From an uncultured Actinomycetes bacterium (lineage in GTDB: Bacteria; Actinomycetota; Thermoleophilia; Gaiellales; JAICJC01): a stretch of DNA of 64,000 bases. Made by a program: the position numbers and the translations under genes. The DNA is taken from contig CAVPLP010000002.1 in the NCBI GenBank assembly GCA_963706075.1, positions 172,616-236,615 on the forward strand, written 5' to 3'. The notes under the pieces are model-generated. The model did no database searches. It had not been told where the DNA came from and saw only the letters and a program-made list of their open reading frames with translations. Positions 1 through 10,004 of this stretch are shown here, one piece after another; within the stretch, counting starts at the first letter, position 1, and every line of letters starts with the position of its first letter.

Positions 1-516
1 ACGGCCTTGGCCATCTGGCCGGCGCCGCTCGGCCCGAGGTGGGTGATGCGGCTGCCGAAGGCGTTCAGGATCTCGCCGGCGCGGGCGAAGTCGGAGTCGG
101 CGCCGCCGCAGAAGATGGTGAGCGTGCCCTTCTCGGCCCCCTCTGAGCCGCCCGAGACCGGCGCGTCGACCATCCCGATCCCGCGCTCTCCGAGGCGGGC
201 GGCGATGTCGGCCGTCGCCGACGGCGAGACCGTCGAGCAGTCGACGACGAGGCCGCCGCTCGCGAGGCCGTCGGCAACGCCGTCCGGGCCCGAGCAGGAC
301 GTGCTCGAGGTCGGGCGTGTCGGAGACGCACGTCAGCACGGCGTCGGCCCCCTTTGCGGCCTCGGCCGGCGTCGCAGCGCGCGCGGCACCGAGGGCGGAG
401 AGCGGCTCCTCCCGCTCACGCGTGCGGTTGTGCACGGTGACCTGGTGCCCGGCCTCGATCAGATGGCGCGCCATCGGCGCACCCATCGTCCCGAGCCCGA
501 TCACCGCGACACGCAT
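1..516 (-). CDS. 3-hydroxyisobutyrate / beta-hydroxyacid dehydrogenase family protein (partial, C-terminus outside window)
   Basis: Own reverse-strand translation from ATG at 514-516 gives MRVAVIGLGTMGAPMARHLIEAGHQVTVHNRT... The N-terminal GxGxxG Rossmann motif is typical of the HIBADH/GarR family. The ORF is open at the window edge, so it is absent from the ORF track. Confidence 0.8.
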   Translation of the reverse strand, partial: MRVAVIGLGTMGAPMARHLIEAGHQVTVHNRTREREEPLSALGAARAATPAEAAKGADAVLTCVSDTPDLEHVLLGPGRRCRRPRERRPRRRLLDGLAVGDGRHRRPPRRARDRDGRRAGLGRLRGGREGHAHHLLRRRRLRLRPRRRDPERLRQPHHPPRAERRRPDGQGR

Positions 517-533
517 GCCGAAAGCCTACCCCG

Positions 534-566
534 ATGAAAAATTGGGGTCAGGCACCAATCTTTCAC
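534..566. repeat. 33-nt imperfect palindrome, copy 1 of an A/T-flanked GGTGCC-N-GGCACC element
   Basis: ATGAAAAATTGGGGTCAGGCACCAATCTTTCAC lies in the 66-bp gap between divergent starts at 516 and 583. It is 26/33 identical to the copy at 1452-1484. Confidence 0.7.
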
Positions 567-582
567 GGCGCATAATCCGCCG

Positions 583-1416
583 GTGCGACTGACGCCTGAG
601 ATCGTCACAGCGATACAGGAGCTCGCGCTCGAGCAACGGGGGCTGCTCGGCGCTCGTGCGCAGTGGCACGTCGGTGACCTCGCCTGGAACCTGTGCCAGC
701 GCGACGGCCGCGAGAACGAGTGGGACATCGATCTGTGGAGGGAGGAGGGGCGCCTCGTCGCCTGGTCGTGGCTCTTGGGCGACGGCAGCGGCCAGCTCGA
801 GCACGATGTCCATCCGAACCACCTGCACCTGCTCGACGAGATCCTGGCCAACCCGGCGGCACGCACGGCGTTTGCGTTCGTCGACGACGGAGAGCGGCGA
901 GCCGCCCTTGCCCGGCATGGCTTCACGCGGCCCGGCGAGCCCATGCACTACCTGGTGCGGGACGTCCCCGAGCGGCCCGAGCCGCCGCCGCTGCCGACCG
1001 GGTTCCGCTACCGGACCGTCGGCCCGGACGACGTCCGGGAGCGGGTCTCGGTCCATCGGGACGTGTGGGCACCCTCCCGCCTGACAGAGTCGAGCTACTC
1101 ACGGGTGCGCGCGCAATGGCCCTATCGTGAGTCGCTCGACTGCGTCATCGAGGCGCCGGACGGCCGCTTCGCCGCCTACTGCCTGTGCTGGCTCGACGAC
1201 GCACACCGCGTTGGCGAGTTCGAGCCCGTCGGCGTGCGGGCCGAATTCCGCCGTCGCGGCCTCGGCGCAGCCGTGTGCACCTTCGCGCTCGAGCGTCTCC
1301 ACGAGGAACAGGGCCGGCAGGCGATCGTGTACTGCGCCACCGAACCGGCGTGCGCGCTCTACCGATCACTCGGCTTTCGGATCCACGCCTCGCTCATCAA
1401 CTACTCCCGGCTTTAG
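583..1416 (+). CDS. GNAT family N-acetyltransferase (two-lobed, mycothiol-synthase-like architecture)
   Basis: ORF track, 277 aa. The C-terminal acetyl-CoA motif VRAEFRRRGLGAAV and the ending YRSLGF are typical of GNAT proteins. Confidence 0.8.
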   Translation: MRLTPEIVTAIQELALEQRGLLGARAQWHVGDLAWNLCQRDGRENEWDIDLWREEGRLVAWSWLLGDGSGQLEHDVHPNHLHLLDEILANPAARTAFAFVDDGERRAALARHGFTRPGEPMHYLVRDVPERPEPPPLPTGFRYRTVGPDDVRERVSVHRDVWAPSRLTESSYSRVRAQWPYRESLDCVIEAPDGRFAAYCLCWLDDAHRVGEFEPVGVRAEFRRRGLGAAVCTFALERLHEEQGRQAIVYCATEPACALYRSLGFRIHASLINYSRL

Positions 1417-1418
1417 CC

Positions 1419-1447
1419 GCAACATTGGGGTCTGACCCCGTTGTTGC
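1419..1447. repeat. Hairpin related to the palindromic element
   Basis: GCAACATTGGGGTC-T-GACCCCGTTGTTGC lies immediately after the GNAT stop. It shares the ATTGGGGTC core with the 534-566 copy. Confidence 0.6.
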
Positions 1448-1451
1448 GCGG

Positions 1452-1484
1452 GTGAAAAATTGGTGCCTGGCACCGTTTTTTCAC
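1452..1484. terminator. Bidirectional intrinsic terminator, which is also palindromic element copy 2
   Basis: GTGAAAAATTGGTGCC-T-GGCACCGTTTTTTCAC has a GC stem flanked by an A-run and a T-run. It sits between the convergent GNAT (stop 1416) and PilZ (stop 1481-1483) genes. Confidence 0.7.
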
Positions 1485-2168
1485 TCGCCCGCGCGCTCGC
1501 GGCGTTCCTGCTCCATCGCGCGGCGCAGGATGCTCGAGCGGGTCACGCGGTCGAGGCCGTCGAACGCGAGCGTCGCCACGTGGCAGCCGCGGCCGTCCTG
1601 CTGCACGTCGGCCACCTCGGCCTCGGCGTCGACCCGGAACCCGAGGCCGGCGTCGTCCATCGCAACCCGCAGCCGCTCGCCCTTCGTCAGCGACCGGCGC
1701 GTGATGATCTGGAGCGTCGTCGCCGGAGAGCTGGAGCGCGTGGGCGGGGAAGCCGTGCGGCTCGCCGTCGAGCGTGCACGTCACCGGCTCCCACACCGTC
1801 ATCCGCACGTGCTCGTGCCGGCCGACGTTCACCTGCTCCTGCTCGAACACCGCCTTGAACATCCGCTGCTCGGTGCCGAGGTCGAGCTCCGCGAACTCGA
1901 GCCCGTAGCGGTGCATGCCGTCGCGGAGCCGGTCGGCCCGAACGACGTGCCCCTCGAGCTTGAACGACGTGCCGTCGGCCACCTCGAACGCCAGGCGCAC
2001 GCCGTCGCCGGGGCGCAGCGTCCGGTCGGTCACCACGCAGACGCCGCCGGCCGACAGATCGACCGACCGCACCATCATCAGGCTCGCGGAGCCATCGGCC
2101 GCCACCGCGAGGCAGCGGACCGGAAGGCGCACCATGACGCGGAAGAACTCCCGCCGTTCCTCGTCCAC
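1481..2168 (-). pseudogene. Tandem PilZ-domain c-di-GMP-binding protein, apparent +1 frameshift near 1715
   Basis: The N-terminal PilZ signatures RREFFRV...DLSAGG are in ORF 1413..2168. After about residue 151 that frame becomes Arg-rich junk. The adjacent frame reads LQIITRRSLTKGERLRVAMDDAGLGFRV...LAFDGLDRVTRSSILRRAMEQERRERAGE and stops at 1481. Confidence 0.7.
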
Positions 2169-2207
2169 CCAGTATTCATCGGCCTTCCGGCCGAGGCGGT
2201 TGAGTAC

Positions 2208-3839
2208 CTACTCCGCCCCCATGAACGGGTAGCGGTAGTCGGTCGGCGGCACGAACGTCTCCTTGATCGTCCGCGCGCTCACCCACCGGATCAGGTTCCA
2301 CATCGAGCCGGCCTTGTCGTTCGTCCCCGAGGCCCGGGCGCCGCCGAACGGCTGCTGGCCGACGACCGCACCGGTCGGCTTGTCGTTCACGTAGAAGTTG
2401 CCGGCGGCGTTCCGAAGCGCCGTCGCCGCGTGCTCGATCGCTCGCCGGTCGGTCGCGAAGACCGCGCCGGTGAGCGCGTACGGCGACGTCGCATCGACCA
2501 GGTCGAGCGTGTCGTCGACGCGCTTCTCGTCGTAGACGTACGCCGTGACGACCGGCCCGAAGAGCTCCCGCCGCATCAGGTCGAAGCCGGGATCCGACGT
2601 CTCGACGATCGTCGGCGAGACGAACCAGCCCTTCGAGTCGTCGGTGTCGCCGCCGACGACGACGCTGGCATCCGCCGCCCCCGTGGCCAGCCCGACCGCC
2701 TCTTTCTGGGTCTCGTACGACGGCTTGTCGATCACCGCGCCCATGAAGTTACGGAAGTCGCGCACGTCGCCCATCTTGATCTCGGACACCTGCTCGGCCA
2801 GCGCGTCGCGCATCTGGGGCCACAGGTTCGACGGCGCGTAGATCCGCGACGCCGCCGAGCACTTCTGCCCCTGATACTCGAACCCACCGCGGACGACCGC
2901 GGTCACGACGGCGGCCGGGTCGGCGGAGGGATGGGCGAAGATGAAGTCCTTGCCCCCCGTCTCGCCGACGAGGCGCGGGTACGTGCGGTAGCGGTCGATG
3001 TTGCCGGCCACCGACCGCCACATGCCCTGGAAGACCGCGGTCGAGCCGGTGAAGTGGATCCCGGCCAGGTCGGGGTGCGCCAGCACCGGGTCGCCGATCT
3101 CGCGCCCGGAGCCGAGCACCATGTTGATGACGCCCGGCGGCAGACCCGCCTCCTCGTAGATCTTCATCAGGAAGTGCGCGGCGTAGACCGCCGTCGAGGC
3201 CGGCTTGAAGACGACCGTGTTTCCCATCATGGCCGGCGCCGTCGGCAGGTTCCCGGCGATCGCGGTGAAGTTGAACGGTGCGACCGCGAACACGAAGCCC
3301 TCGAGCGCGCGGTACTCGATCCTGTTCCAGATGCCCGGCGAGGAGATCGGCTGCTCGCTCATCAGCCGGTGCATGTAGGAGACGTTGTAGCGCCAGAAGT
3401 CGGCGAGCTCGCACGCGGCGTCGATCTCGGCCTGGTAGGCGGTCTTCGACTGGCCGAGCATCGTGGCGGCGTTCATCGTGTCGCGCCACGGGCCGGCGAG
3501 CAGCTCGGCTGCACGCAGGAAGACCGCAGCCCGCGCCTCCCACGAGAGCTCCGCCCATTCGCGGCGGGCATCGGCGGCGGCGGCGATCGCGCGCGTGACC
3601 TCCTCCTCGCCGCCCTGGTGGTACTGGCCGAGGACGTGCTGATGGTCGTGGGGCATGACGACGTCGGCGGTGCGCCCTGTGCGCACCTCCTCGCCGCCGA
3701 TCACCATCGGGATCTCGATCTGCCGGCCGGCCATCTCGTCGAGCCGGGCCTTGAGGCTCGCCCGCTCGGGCGAACCGGGCGGGTAGTCGCGCACCGGCTC
3801 GTTGACCGGCTGGGGAAGGTGGAAGACTCCTGTGCTCAT
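2208..3839 (-). CDS. pruA: L-glutamate gamma-semialdehyde (1-pyrroline-5-carboxylate) dehydrogenase
   Basis: 543 aa aldehyde dehydrogenase with FTGS, ETGGKD and EYQGQKCSA motifs and the PruA-specific C-terminus NDKAGS...YRYPFMG. Confidence 0.92.
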   Translation of the reverse strand: MSTGVFHLPQPVNEPVRDYPPGSPERASLKARLDEMAGRQIEIPMVIGGEEVRTGRTADVVMPHDHQHVLGQYHQGGEEEVTRAIAAAADARREWAELSWEARAAVFLRAAELLAGPWRDTMNAATMLGQSKTAYQAEIDAACELADFWRYNVSYMHRLMSEQPISSPGIWNRIEYRALEGFVFAVAPFNFTAIAGNLPTAPAMMGNTVVFKPASTAVYAAHFLMKIYEEAGLPPGVINMVLGSGREIGDPVLAHPDLAGIHFTGSTAVFQGMWRSVAGNIDRYRTYPRLVGETGGKDFIFAHPSADPAAVVTAVVRGGFEYQGQKCSAASRIYAPSNLWPQMRDALAEQVSEIKMGDVRDFRNFMGAVIDKPSYETQKEAVGLATGAADASVVVGGDTDDSKGWFVSPTIVETSDPGFDLMRRELFGPVVTAYVYDEKRVDDTLDLVDATSPYALTGAVFATDRRAIEHAATALRNAAGNFYVNDKPTGAVVGQQPFGGARASGTNDKAGSMWNLIRWVSARTIKETFVPPTDYRYPFMGAE

Positions 3840-3893
3840 GCCGCCAAGCCTACCTGCGGCGGACGGGGTCGGGCTTCGCCCGCGCGCGCTCGC

Positions 3894-4295
3894 CTACGCG
3901 CCGGCGGGCGTCTCGGAGGGCAGCGTGAGCAGGTCGCGGATCGAGACGATGCCGACGAGCTTGCCGCCCTCGACGATGGGGACGTGCCGGTAGCCGCCGT
4001 GCACCATCATCGCCGCCGCCATCCCGATCGTCGCCGTCGGCTCGACCGTGTCCGGGTCGGCCGTCATCCACTGGGCGACGGTGCCCTCGATGCTCCCCCG
4101 GCCCGCGGCCCGGAGCACGTCGCGCTCCGTGAGGATGCCGGCCAGATGGTCGCCCTCGACGACGAGGATCGCGCCCACCCGGCGGTCGGCCATCCGGTGG
4201 GCGGCGTCGGCCAGCGTGTCCGAGGGGCTCGTGACGAGCAGTCTCCCCGACATCACCGCCGAAACGAGCTCGTTCTCGGATCGGCTGTAGGGCAT
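3894..4295 (-). CDS. CBS domain pair protein
   Basis: 133 aa with two CBS repeats ([10 protein letters not shown] and GIVSIRDLL). Confidence 0.85.
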   Translation of the reverse strand: MPYSRSENELVSAVMSGRLLVTSPSDTLADAAHRMADRRVGAILVVEGDHLAGILTERDVLRAAGRGSIEGTVAQWMTADPDTVEPTATIGMAAAMMVHGGYRHVPIVEGGKLVGIVSIRDLLTLPSETPAGA

Positions 4296-4408
4296 GGGGC
4301 GACGATCTTACCCACTACCATCCGAACATGCCCGCTCAGGCCTACAAAGGGAAGCCGTGCGTGTGCCAGCACCGGCTCGAGCTGTGCGACCAGCGCTGCG
4401 TCGCCGAC

Positions 4409-5077
4409 ATGCTCGAGACGACCTTTTACATCGCGTGCCTGAAGCTGACCGGCCGCCGCTGCCTGGTCGTCGGCGCGGGCGACGTCGGCCTCGAGAAGGT
4501 CGAGGGCCTCCTGGCGTGCGACGCCGAGGTGCACGTGATCGCACCGGACGCCTGCGAGGGCGTCCGCGCCCTGGTCGCCGCCGGCGATGTCGAATGGACC
4601 GAGCGGCCGTTCGCGCCGGGCGACGTCGAGGGCCACTTCCTCGCGATCGCCGCGACGTCGAGCACCGAGACGAACATCGCCGTCTTCGAGGAGGCCGAGC
4701 GGCGCTCGATGCTGTGCAACGTCGTCGACGTCCCGCCGCTCTGCAGCTTCATCCTGCCCGCCATCGTCCGCACCGGTCCGATCGCGATCGCGATCTCGAC
4801 CGCCGGCGCCAGCCCGGCGCTCGCGAAGCGCATGAAGCGCGAGATCGCCGATCTGTACGGCCCGGAGCACGCCGAGCTGGCGGCGATCCTGAACGATGCC
4901 CGCGGATGGGCGAAGGCGACCCTCCCCACCTTCGGCGACCGGCGCGACTTCTTCGAGGCGATCGTGAACGGCGATCCCGACCCGATCGCGCTCCTGCGCG
5001 CGGGCGACCGCGACGGGGTGGAGCGGCTCGTGGCGGAGCGCCAGGCGGCCGCCGAGCGGACGCCGGCCGCTACCTGA
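4409..5077 (+). CDS. Precorrin-2 dehydrogenase / sirohydrochlorin ferrochelatase (SirC / CysG N-terminal type)
   Basis: [19 protein letters not shown] Rossmann motif and the [18 protein letters not shown] motif. I prefer the ATG at 4409 over the ORF-track start at 4328. Confidence 0.8.
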   Translation: MLETTFYIACLKLTGRRCLVVGAGDVGLEKVEGLLACDAEVHVIAPDACEGVRALVAAGDVEWTERPFAPGDVEGHFLAIAATSSTETNIAVFEEAERRSMLCNVVDVPPLCSFILPAIVRTGPIAIAISTAGASPALAKRMKREIADLYGPEHAELAAILNDARGWAKATLPTFGDRRDFFEAIVNGDPDPIALLRAGDRDGVERLVAERQAAAERTPAAT

Positions 5078-5080
5078 ACG

Positions 5081-8000
5081 TCACGACGCCGCTGACGCGG
5101 CCGCTTCGTCGACCACCGGCGCGTCGGCGGCCTGGACGGCCGCACCGGCCCGGCGGCCGCGCCTGCCGCGGCTTCGGCGACGGCGATCCCGGCGGTCGGG
5201 GGAGGCCCCCACGGGCTCGCCTCGGGCGATCTTGCGGACGGCGCCGGGGCGGGAGTCGCGGACGATCTCGTCGTCGGCGCCCCGCAGCTCGAACTCGACC
5301 CGGACACGCCCGCGAACGCCTGCGGTCTTGAGCTGGGCGAGCACCCGGCGGGCGGCATCGTCGGCGAGCACCGCCGCCTCGTCGGGCTCGAGGGGCAGGA
5401 CGAGCCCCGCGCCGTCGACGCGCACCGCGGCGGTGCGCTCGCTGCGGTCGGGCTCGTTCAGGAGCTTCGGGACCGAGACCGCGAGCGGCGCCGCCTCGGC
5501 GGCGGCGGCACGCACCTCGACGGCGGTCGCGAACGTCCGCGCGCCGTCGCCTGAGAGCCGCCACCGGAGCTCCGGGCCGACCTGCCCAGAGAGCACCTCG
5601 TCGGCGTCGTCGCGCAGGCGCACGGCGACCGCGGGGCTCACCTCGACCTCGATGACCCCGTCGACGCGCTTGACGGTGCTCGCCGGCGGCGTGGAGCCGA
5701 CAACGGCGCCGTTGAACGACACCGTCTCGGCCGCCTTCTCGGCCTTGCGCTTGGTCTTCCGCGCCTGCTTCGTGCGCTGGGCGGGGGCCGGGATGTTGGC
5801 GCCGAGCGCGGCCGCCAGCCGCACCGGATCCTCCGACAGCGTGCGCCGGGCGGACTCGATCAGCCGCTCGCCCTGGGTTCCGCGCCGCGGAGCCGCCACG
5901 GCCAAGAGCGCCGCCCCGGCCTCGAGCGGCGCGTCGCGCGCGATGTGCGCAAGCCGCAGGCACGCCTCGCTGTGCTCGCCGTCGGACTTCGCGCCGGCCA
6001 GCGCCCCGAGGAGGCTGCGGCCGTCCTGGATGTGGCTCCCGGCGTAGCGGTACTCGTGGTCGCGCGCGGCCCGGGCGAGCTGCCACGTCCACGTCACGAT
6101 GCGGTCCGGCGGCGCCTCGATCTTGCCGTCGCCCATCGCGAGGAGCAGCACCCGTGCGCCCTGGCCGCGGTCCTGCTGCCAGGTGGGTGCCGCCTCGACG
6201 AGCCGGCAGGCCATCGCGAACGTCGTCTGGCTGGGGCCGGCGGCCGCGAGGTCGCCGAGGCTCGAGAGCCGCAGCTTGCGATGCTTGTTCTCGGCGGCGC
6301 AGGTGAAGAAGAAGAGCTCGCGCGCCTCGGGCTGGAGGCCGACGATCCGCTCGGTCAGCGTATGGACGTCGCCGGGCGCGAGGTGGCGGGCGGCGACGAC
6401 GGCCCAGGCCCGCTGCTCGTCGAGCGGCAGCTTCGAGGCGTCGACGTGCTTCCACTGGCTCGCGATGACGCCGACCCGGCGCTCCGGGTCGTCCGACACC
6501 GGGACGATCCAGTTCGCCTCCTTCACGATCGGCCGCGCGGGCTTGCGCCGGCCTCGCCTGCGGCGCGGAGGCGGCGGCGTCACCAGTCCGCCCGGCCGGA
6601 AGGCGTCGACGTCGAGCAGCGAGTGGAGCGTGACGACCCGCTCGGAGTGCGGCGCGCCGACCTCGGCGAAGTCGACCACGACCCCGGCCTCCTTGCGGCG
6701 GTGCAGGCGCATGATCCTGCCGACCCGCTGCTGGTACACGCGGCGGCTCGCGGTCGGCGCGAGGTGCATGCACACGGTCGCCCGGGGCGCGTTCCAGCCC
6801 TCCGCGAGGATCTGGGCGTTCACGAGCACGTTGGTCTCGCCGCGCTCGTATGCCGCCAGCGACTCTGCGAGCTCGCGCGGCGGGGTGCGGCCCGAGACGG
6901 CGGCGGCGGCGAGGCCGATCGCCCGCATCGCAGCCGCGACGCGCTCTGCGTGGTCGACGCCCGCGGCGTAGACGATGCCCGGCGTGTCGCCGAACCGGCT
7001 CTGGTAGAGGTCGGCGGCCGCGAGGTTCAGCGGGTCGACGTCGAGCGTTGCCGCCAGCTGGCCCTGGTCGAAGTCGCCGCCGACGATCTCGACCTGCCTG
7101 AGCGACGCGATCGGCTTCACCCGCACGCACCGGAGGGGCGCGACGACGCCGCGGCGGACGGCCTCGGCGAGCGGGAAGTCGGCGACCTCGGCGGGGAACA
7201 CGTCGCTGACGTGCTTCTGGAGCAGCTGATCGGTCGCCGTCATGCCGATGTACACGGGCTCCGAGAACCGCCGGATCGCGGCGGCCGTCTTCTCGCCGAG
7301 CGCCGTGTGGGCCTCGTCGCAGACGACGACGCCGTACACGTCGCGCTTGATCTGGTCGGCGTGCTTGATGAACCACGCGTAGGTGTTGATGGTGAGCGGC
7401 GGCGTGCGCGGGGTCGGGTCGCCGGTCAGCACGGGCTCGTGGAGCCGGCCGCCGTAGCCCTCGTGGGTGAGGTCGCGCGTGAACTGGTTCACGAGCAGGC
7501 GCCGGTGGGTCAGGATGAGGACGCCGGTCGTGCGCGCCGCCTCGACGAACCCGGCGGCGGCGATCGTCTTGCCCGACGCGGTGGGGTGCTTGAACCGGTA
7601 GCGCCTGCCGGCTCCGAGGTCGGGCTCGGCGGGCTCGTCCGGCGCGTCGTCGTCCTCGATCTCGACCGCGGCGACCGCGGGATCGTGGGCGAGCTCGGGC
7701 TCGCCGTCCTCGTCGTCCTCGTCCTCGTCGTCTTCGTCCTCGTCTTCTGTCTTCGTCTTCGTCCTCGTCTTCTTCCTCGTCCTCGTCGTCGTCCTCATCG
7801 GGGTCGTACTCGCCGGTCTCGTCGTCGTCCTCATCGTCGATCTCGACGTCATCCGCGTCGCCGTTCCCGTTGCCGTTCTCCTCGTCGTCCTCGAGCGCCC
7901 GCCGCTCGAGGTCGCCGATCAGGGCGGCGAGCTGGCCGGCCAGGGCGTCGACCTGGTGGCGCCGCAGCGTCGTCCCGGAGGCGAGCTTCGGCTGGGGGTC

Positions 8001-8234
8001 GTTGAGGACGCGGTCGAGGCCGAGGACGAGCGCGTAGTCGCGCTTCCACTCGTAGCTCGGCTCGAGCAGCCCACGGTCCATCTCGGCGATCGCGGCGTCG
8101 AGTGCGGCGCGCCGGACCGTGCCCTCGGCGAGCGCGACCGATGGGTCCTCGCCTTCATGCAGTAGCGGCTCTCCGCACCACGCCTCAGCGCGATGGGCGG
8201 CCGCTTCGGGGTCAGCCTCGAAGCGAACTGTCAT
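5081..8234 (-). pseudogene. Superfamily-2 (ResIII/DEAH-type) helicase, about 1050 aa, with an acidic insertion, a long unknown C-terminal region and an Arg-rich tail; +1 frameshift near 7748
   Basis: Walker A HPTASGKT, DEAH box VCDEAH, MTAT, and the helicase-C motif QQRVGRIMR are all in ORF 5081..7852. The N-terminus MTVRFEADPE...LRRHQVDAL lies in the frame of ORF 5070..8393, starting at 8234. The two frames join inside a D/E run. Confidence 0.8.
7615..7892 (-). repeat. Coding low-complexity GAC/GAG/GAA tract (poly-Asp/Glu insertion of the helicase)
   Basis: About 93 codons are dominated by D and E (EDDEENGNGNGDADDVEIDDEDDDE...DEDEDDEDEDDEDGEPE...EIEDDDAPDEPAEPD). Confidence 0.8.
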
Positions 8235-8286
8235 GGGTCCTGCCGTCGGGTGTGCGGGCGCCGTGGGGCGACACCGACGGTCGTGG

Positions 8287-9099
8287 TCAGTGTAGCCGAT
8301 CGGCCTCGGCGCGTGCCGCCTGGAGGCCCGATCGCACCAGGGCGCACAGCGGATCGTACAGGGTTCGGCCCCCGGCGACGACGCAGTCTGCACCGTCGAG
8401 GCCCGGGTCGAGGATGCCCGTCGTGCCCCCCGCCTCGGTCACCAGCAGGAGGCCGGCAGCCCGATCCCAGTCGCGGATGCCGGCTTCGTAGAACCCGTCG
8501 AGCCGGCCGCAGGCCACCCACGCCAGGTCGAGCGCAGCCGAGCCGGCGCGGCGGATGTCGCGCACCTTGGGAAGCATGTGCGCGAGCGCGGCGGCCTGGA
8601 GCCCGCGGCGCTCCGGGGTGTAGCCGAACCCCGTGCCCACCAGGGCCCGGGTGAGATCGCCGAGGTCCGTCGTCCGCACCGGAGCGCCGTTTCGGAGGGT
8701 GCCCGAGCCGCGGACCGCGGTGAACGTCTCGGCCGTCGAGGGGTCGTGGACGACTGCGACGAGCCCGCCCTCGGCATCGCGGCAGGCCACCGACACCGAC
8801 CAGGCCGGGATCCCATAGAGGTAGTTGGTCGTGCCGTCCAGGGGGTCGATCACCCAGACGAGACCGGTTGTGCCGGGCCGGTGGCCGCTCTCCTCGGCGA
8901 TGAGGCCGTCGTCGGGACGGGCCAGGGCGATTGCGTCGAGGAGGAGCCGCTCGGCGTCGCGGTCGGCGTCCGACACCATGTCGGTGGCGCTGCTCTTGGC
9001 GTCGACTCCGCTCGGCGGCCCACCGAACCGGCCGAGCAGGAGCTCGCCCGCCGCATGCGCCGCGCTCACCGCCAGCTCGAGGAGGGCTTCGGCAGCCAT
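8287..9099 (-). CDS. Inositol monophosphatase family protein (SuhB/ImpA/CysQ-like)
   Basis: WVIDPLDGTTNY and the other IMPase motifs are present. I place the start at MAAEALLELA (9099), not the ORF-track start at 9186. Confidence 0.85.
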   Translation of the reverse strand: MAAEALLELAVSAAHAAGELLLGRFGGPPSGVDAKSSATDMVSDADRDAERLLLDAIALARPDDGLIAEESGHRPGTTGLVWVIDPLDGTTNYLYGIPAWSVSVACRDAEGGLVAVVHDPSTAETFTAVRGSGTLRNGAPVRTTDLGDLTRALVGTGFGYTPERRGLQAAALAHMLPKVRDIRRAGSAALDLAWVACGRLDGFYEAGIRDWDRAAGLLLVTEAGGTTGILDPGLDGADCVVAGGRTLYDPLCALVRSGLQAARAEADRLH

Positions 9100-9188
9100 T
9101 CGGCCGAGTCTAGATGGTGTCCGGACAGCGGCCACATTTTCACCTGCAAATGCTGGACTTCTGGCAGGACCTGGTGCATTCTCCATGC

Positions 9189-9326
9189 ATGGGCAGACTG
9201 CTGAAGAAGATCAAGCAGCGCCGCCGCGACCGGGAGCTCGCGCGCCAGCTCGAGCAGCGCTTCCGCGGCCAGGTCGACGCTGCCGCCGAGGCCGCCGCGC
9301 GGCTCGGCGACGACATCCGGGCGTAG
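9189..9326 (+). CDS. Small basic hypothetical protein (45 aa), possibly leaderless
   Basis: MGRLLKKIKQRRRDRELARQLEQ... A CATTCT -10-like hexamer ends 6 nt before the ATG. No homology recognised. Confidence 0.3.
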   Translation: MGRLLKKIKQRRRDRELARQLEQRFRGQVDAAAEAAARLGDDIRA

Positions 9327-9348
9327 GGCCGCGCGCTACGCTGGCCCG

Positions 9349-9825
9349 ATGGGCCGGCTCGAGTACACACGCCTCCGCGACTCGCTGCTTGCCGGCCGGA
9401 TGCCCGTGTCGGCGCGCCACATCGACCAGCTGAGCGCCGAGGGCGTGACGACCGTGATCAACCTGTGCGAGGACCGCGAGTACTGGGACGGTGAGCGCGA
9501 GGCCGTGGCCGGTGCCTGTGCCCGCGCCGGCATCACCGAGCATCGCCTCGCCGTCATCGACGGCGCGACGGTTCCTCCCGATGTGCTCGAGCAGGCGGTC
9601 GAGGCGGCGGCCGGCGGCGTCACGTACGTCCACTGCCGCGGCGGCCGGGAGCGATCCGCGACTGTCGCGGTCGCCGTGATCGCTGCGTCGGCGGGCTCGT
9701 CGGTCGACGAGGCGCTCGAATCGGCGCTCTCGATCCGCCCGGCCTTCAAGCCCCTCCCGTGGCAGGTGGAAGGCGTCCGTTTGTGGTTGCGCGAGCGCGA
9801 CGCGAACCGTATTCTCGAGCCATGA
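9349..9825 (+). CDS. Dual-specificity / tyrosine protein phosphatase family protein
   Basis: The HCX5R signature VHCRGGRERS is present. Confidence 0.8.
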   Translation: MGRLEYTRLRDSLLAGRMPVSARHIDQLSAEGVTTVINLCEDREYWDGEREAVAGACARAGITEHRLAVIDGATVPPDVLEQAVEAAAGGVTYVHCRGGRERSATVAVAVIAASAGSSVDEALESALSIRPAFKPLPWQVEGVRLWLRERDANRILEP

Positions 9826-10004
9826 CTCCGATCGCGCTCCTGAGCGCCCAGCCGGCTGCGGCGATGCCGGTGACGGGGGCGGATCTCGTTCTCTACCTCG
9901 TCGTTGCGGCGATCGTCGGAGTCACCGGCCTGCTTGTGCGCCGGGCGTCGGCGCGCGAGCGCGTTTCCACCACCAGCCTGTCCATGAGCAAGAAATTGCA
10001 GTAA
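9822..10004 (+). CDS. Small single-pass membrane protein (60 aa)
   Basis: ATGA start/stop overlap with the phosphatase gene. Contains the hydrophobic segment LVLYLVVAAIVGVTGLLV. Confidence 0.45.
   Translation: MTPIALLSAQPAAAMPVTGADLVLYLVVAAIVGVTGLLVRRASARERVSTTSLSMSKKLQ

Noticed and set aside
1185-4442. Very long ORFs in the track, for example 1185..4442 (+, 1085 aa), 12065..14800, 14148..15821, 40189..42408, 41687..43876, 45266..47932, 54650..56713 and 57401..59251.
   Set aside because: Their translations are Arg/Pro/Gly/Ala-rich with no motifs. They run antisense to or out of frame with genes that have clear family signatures. Stop-free shadow frames of this kind are expected in DNA of about 70% GC.
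7615-7892. The repetitive GAC/GAG/GAA tract as a noncoding tandem repeat or CRISPR-like array.
   Set aside because: It lies inside the helicase reading frame and encodes a continuous Asp/Glu run. There is no repeat-spacer periodicity.
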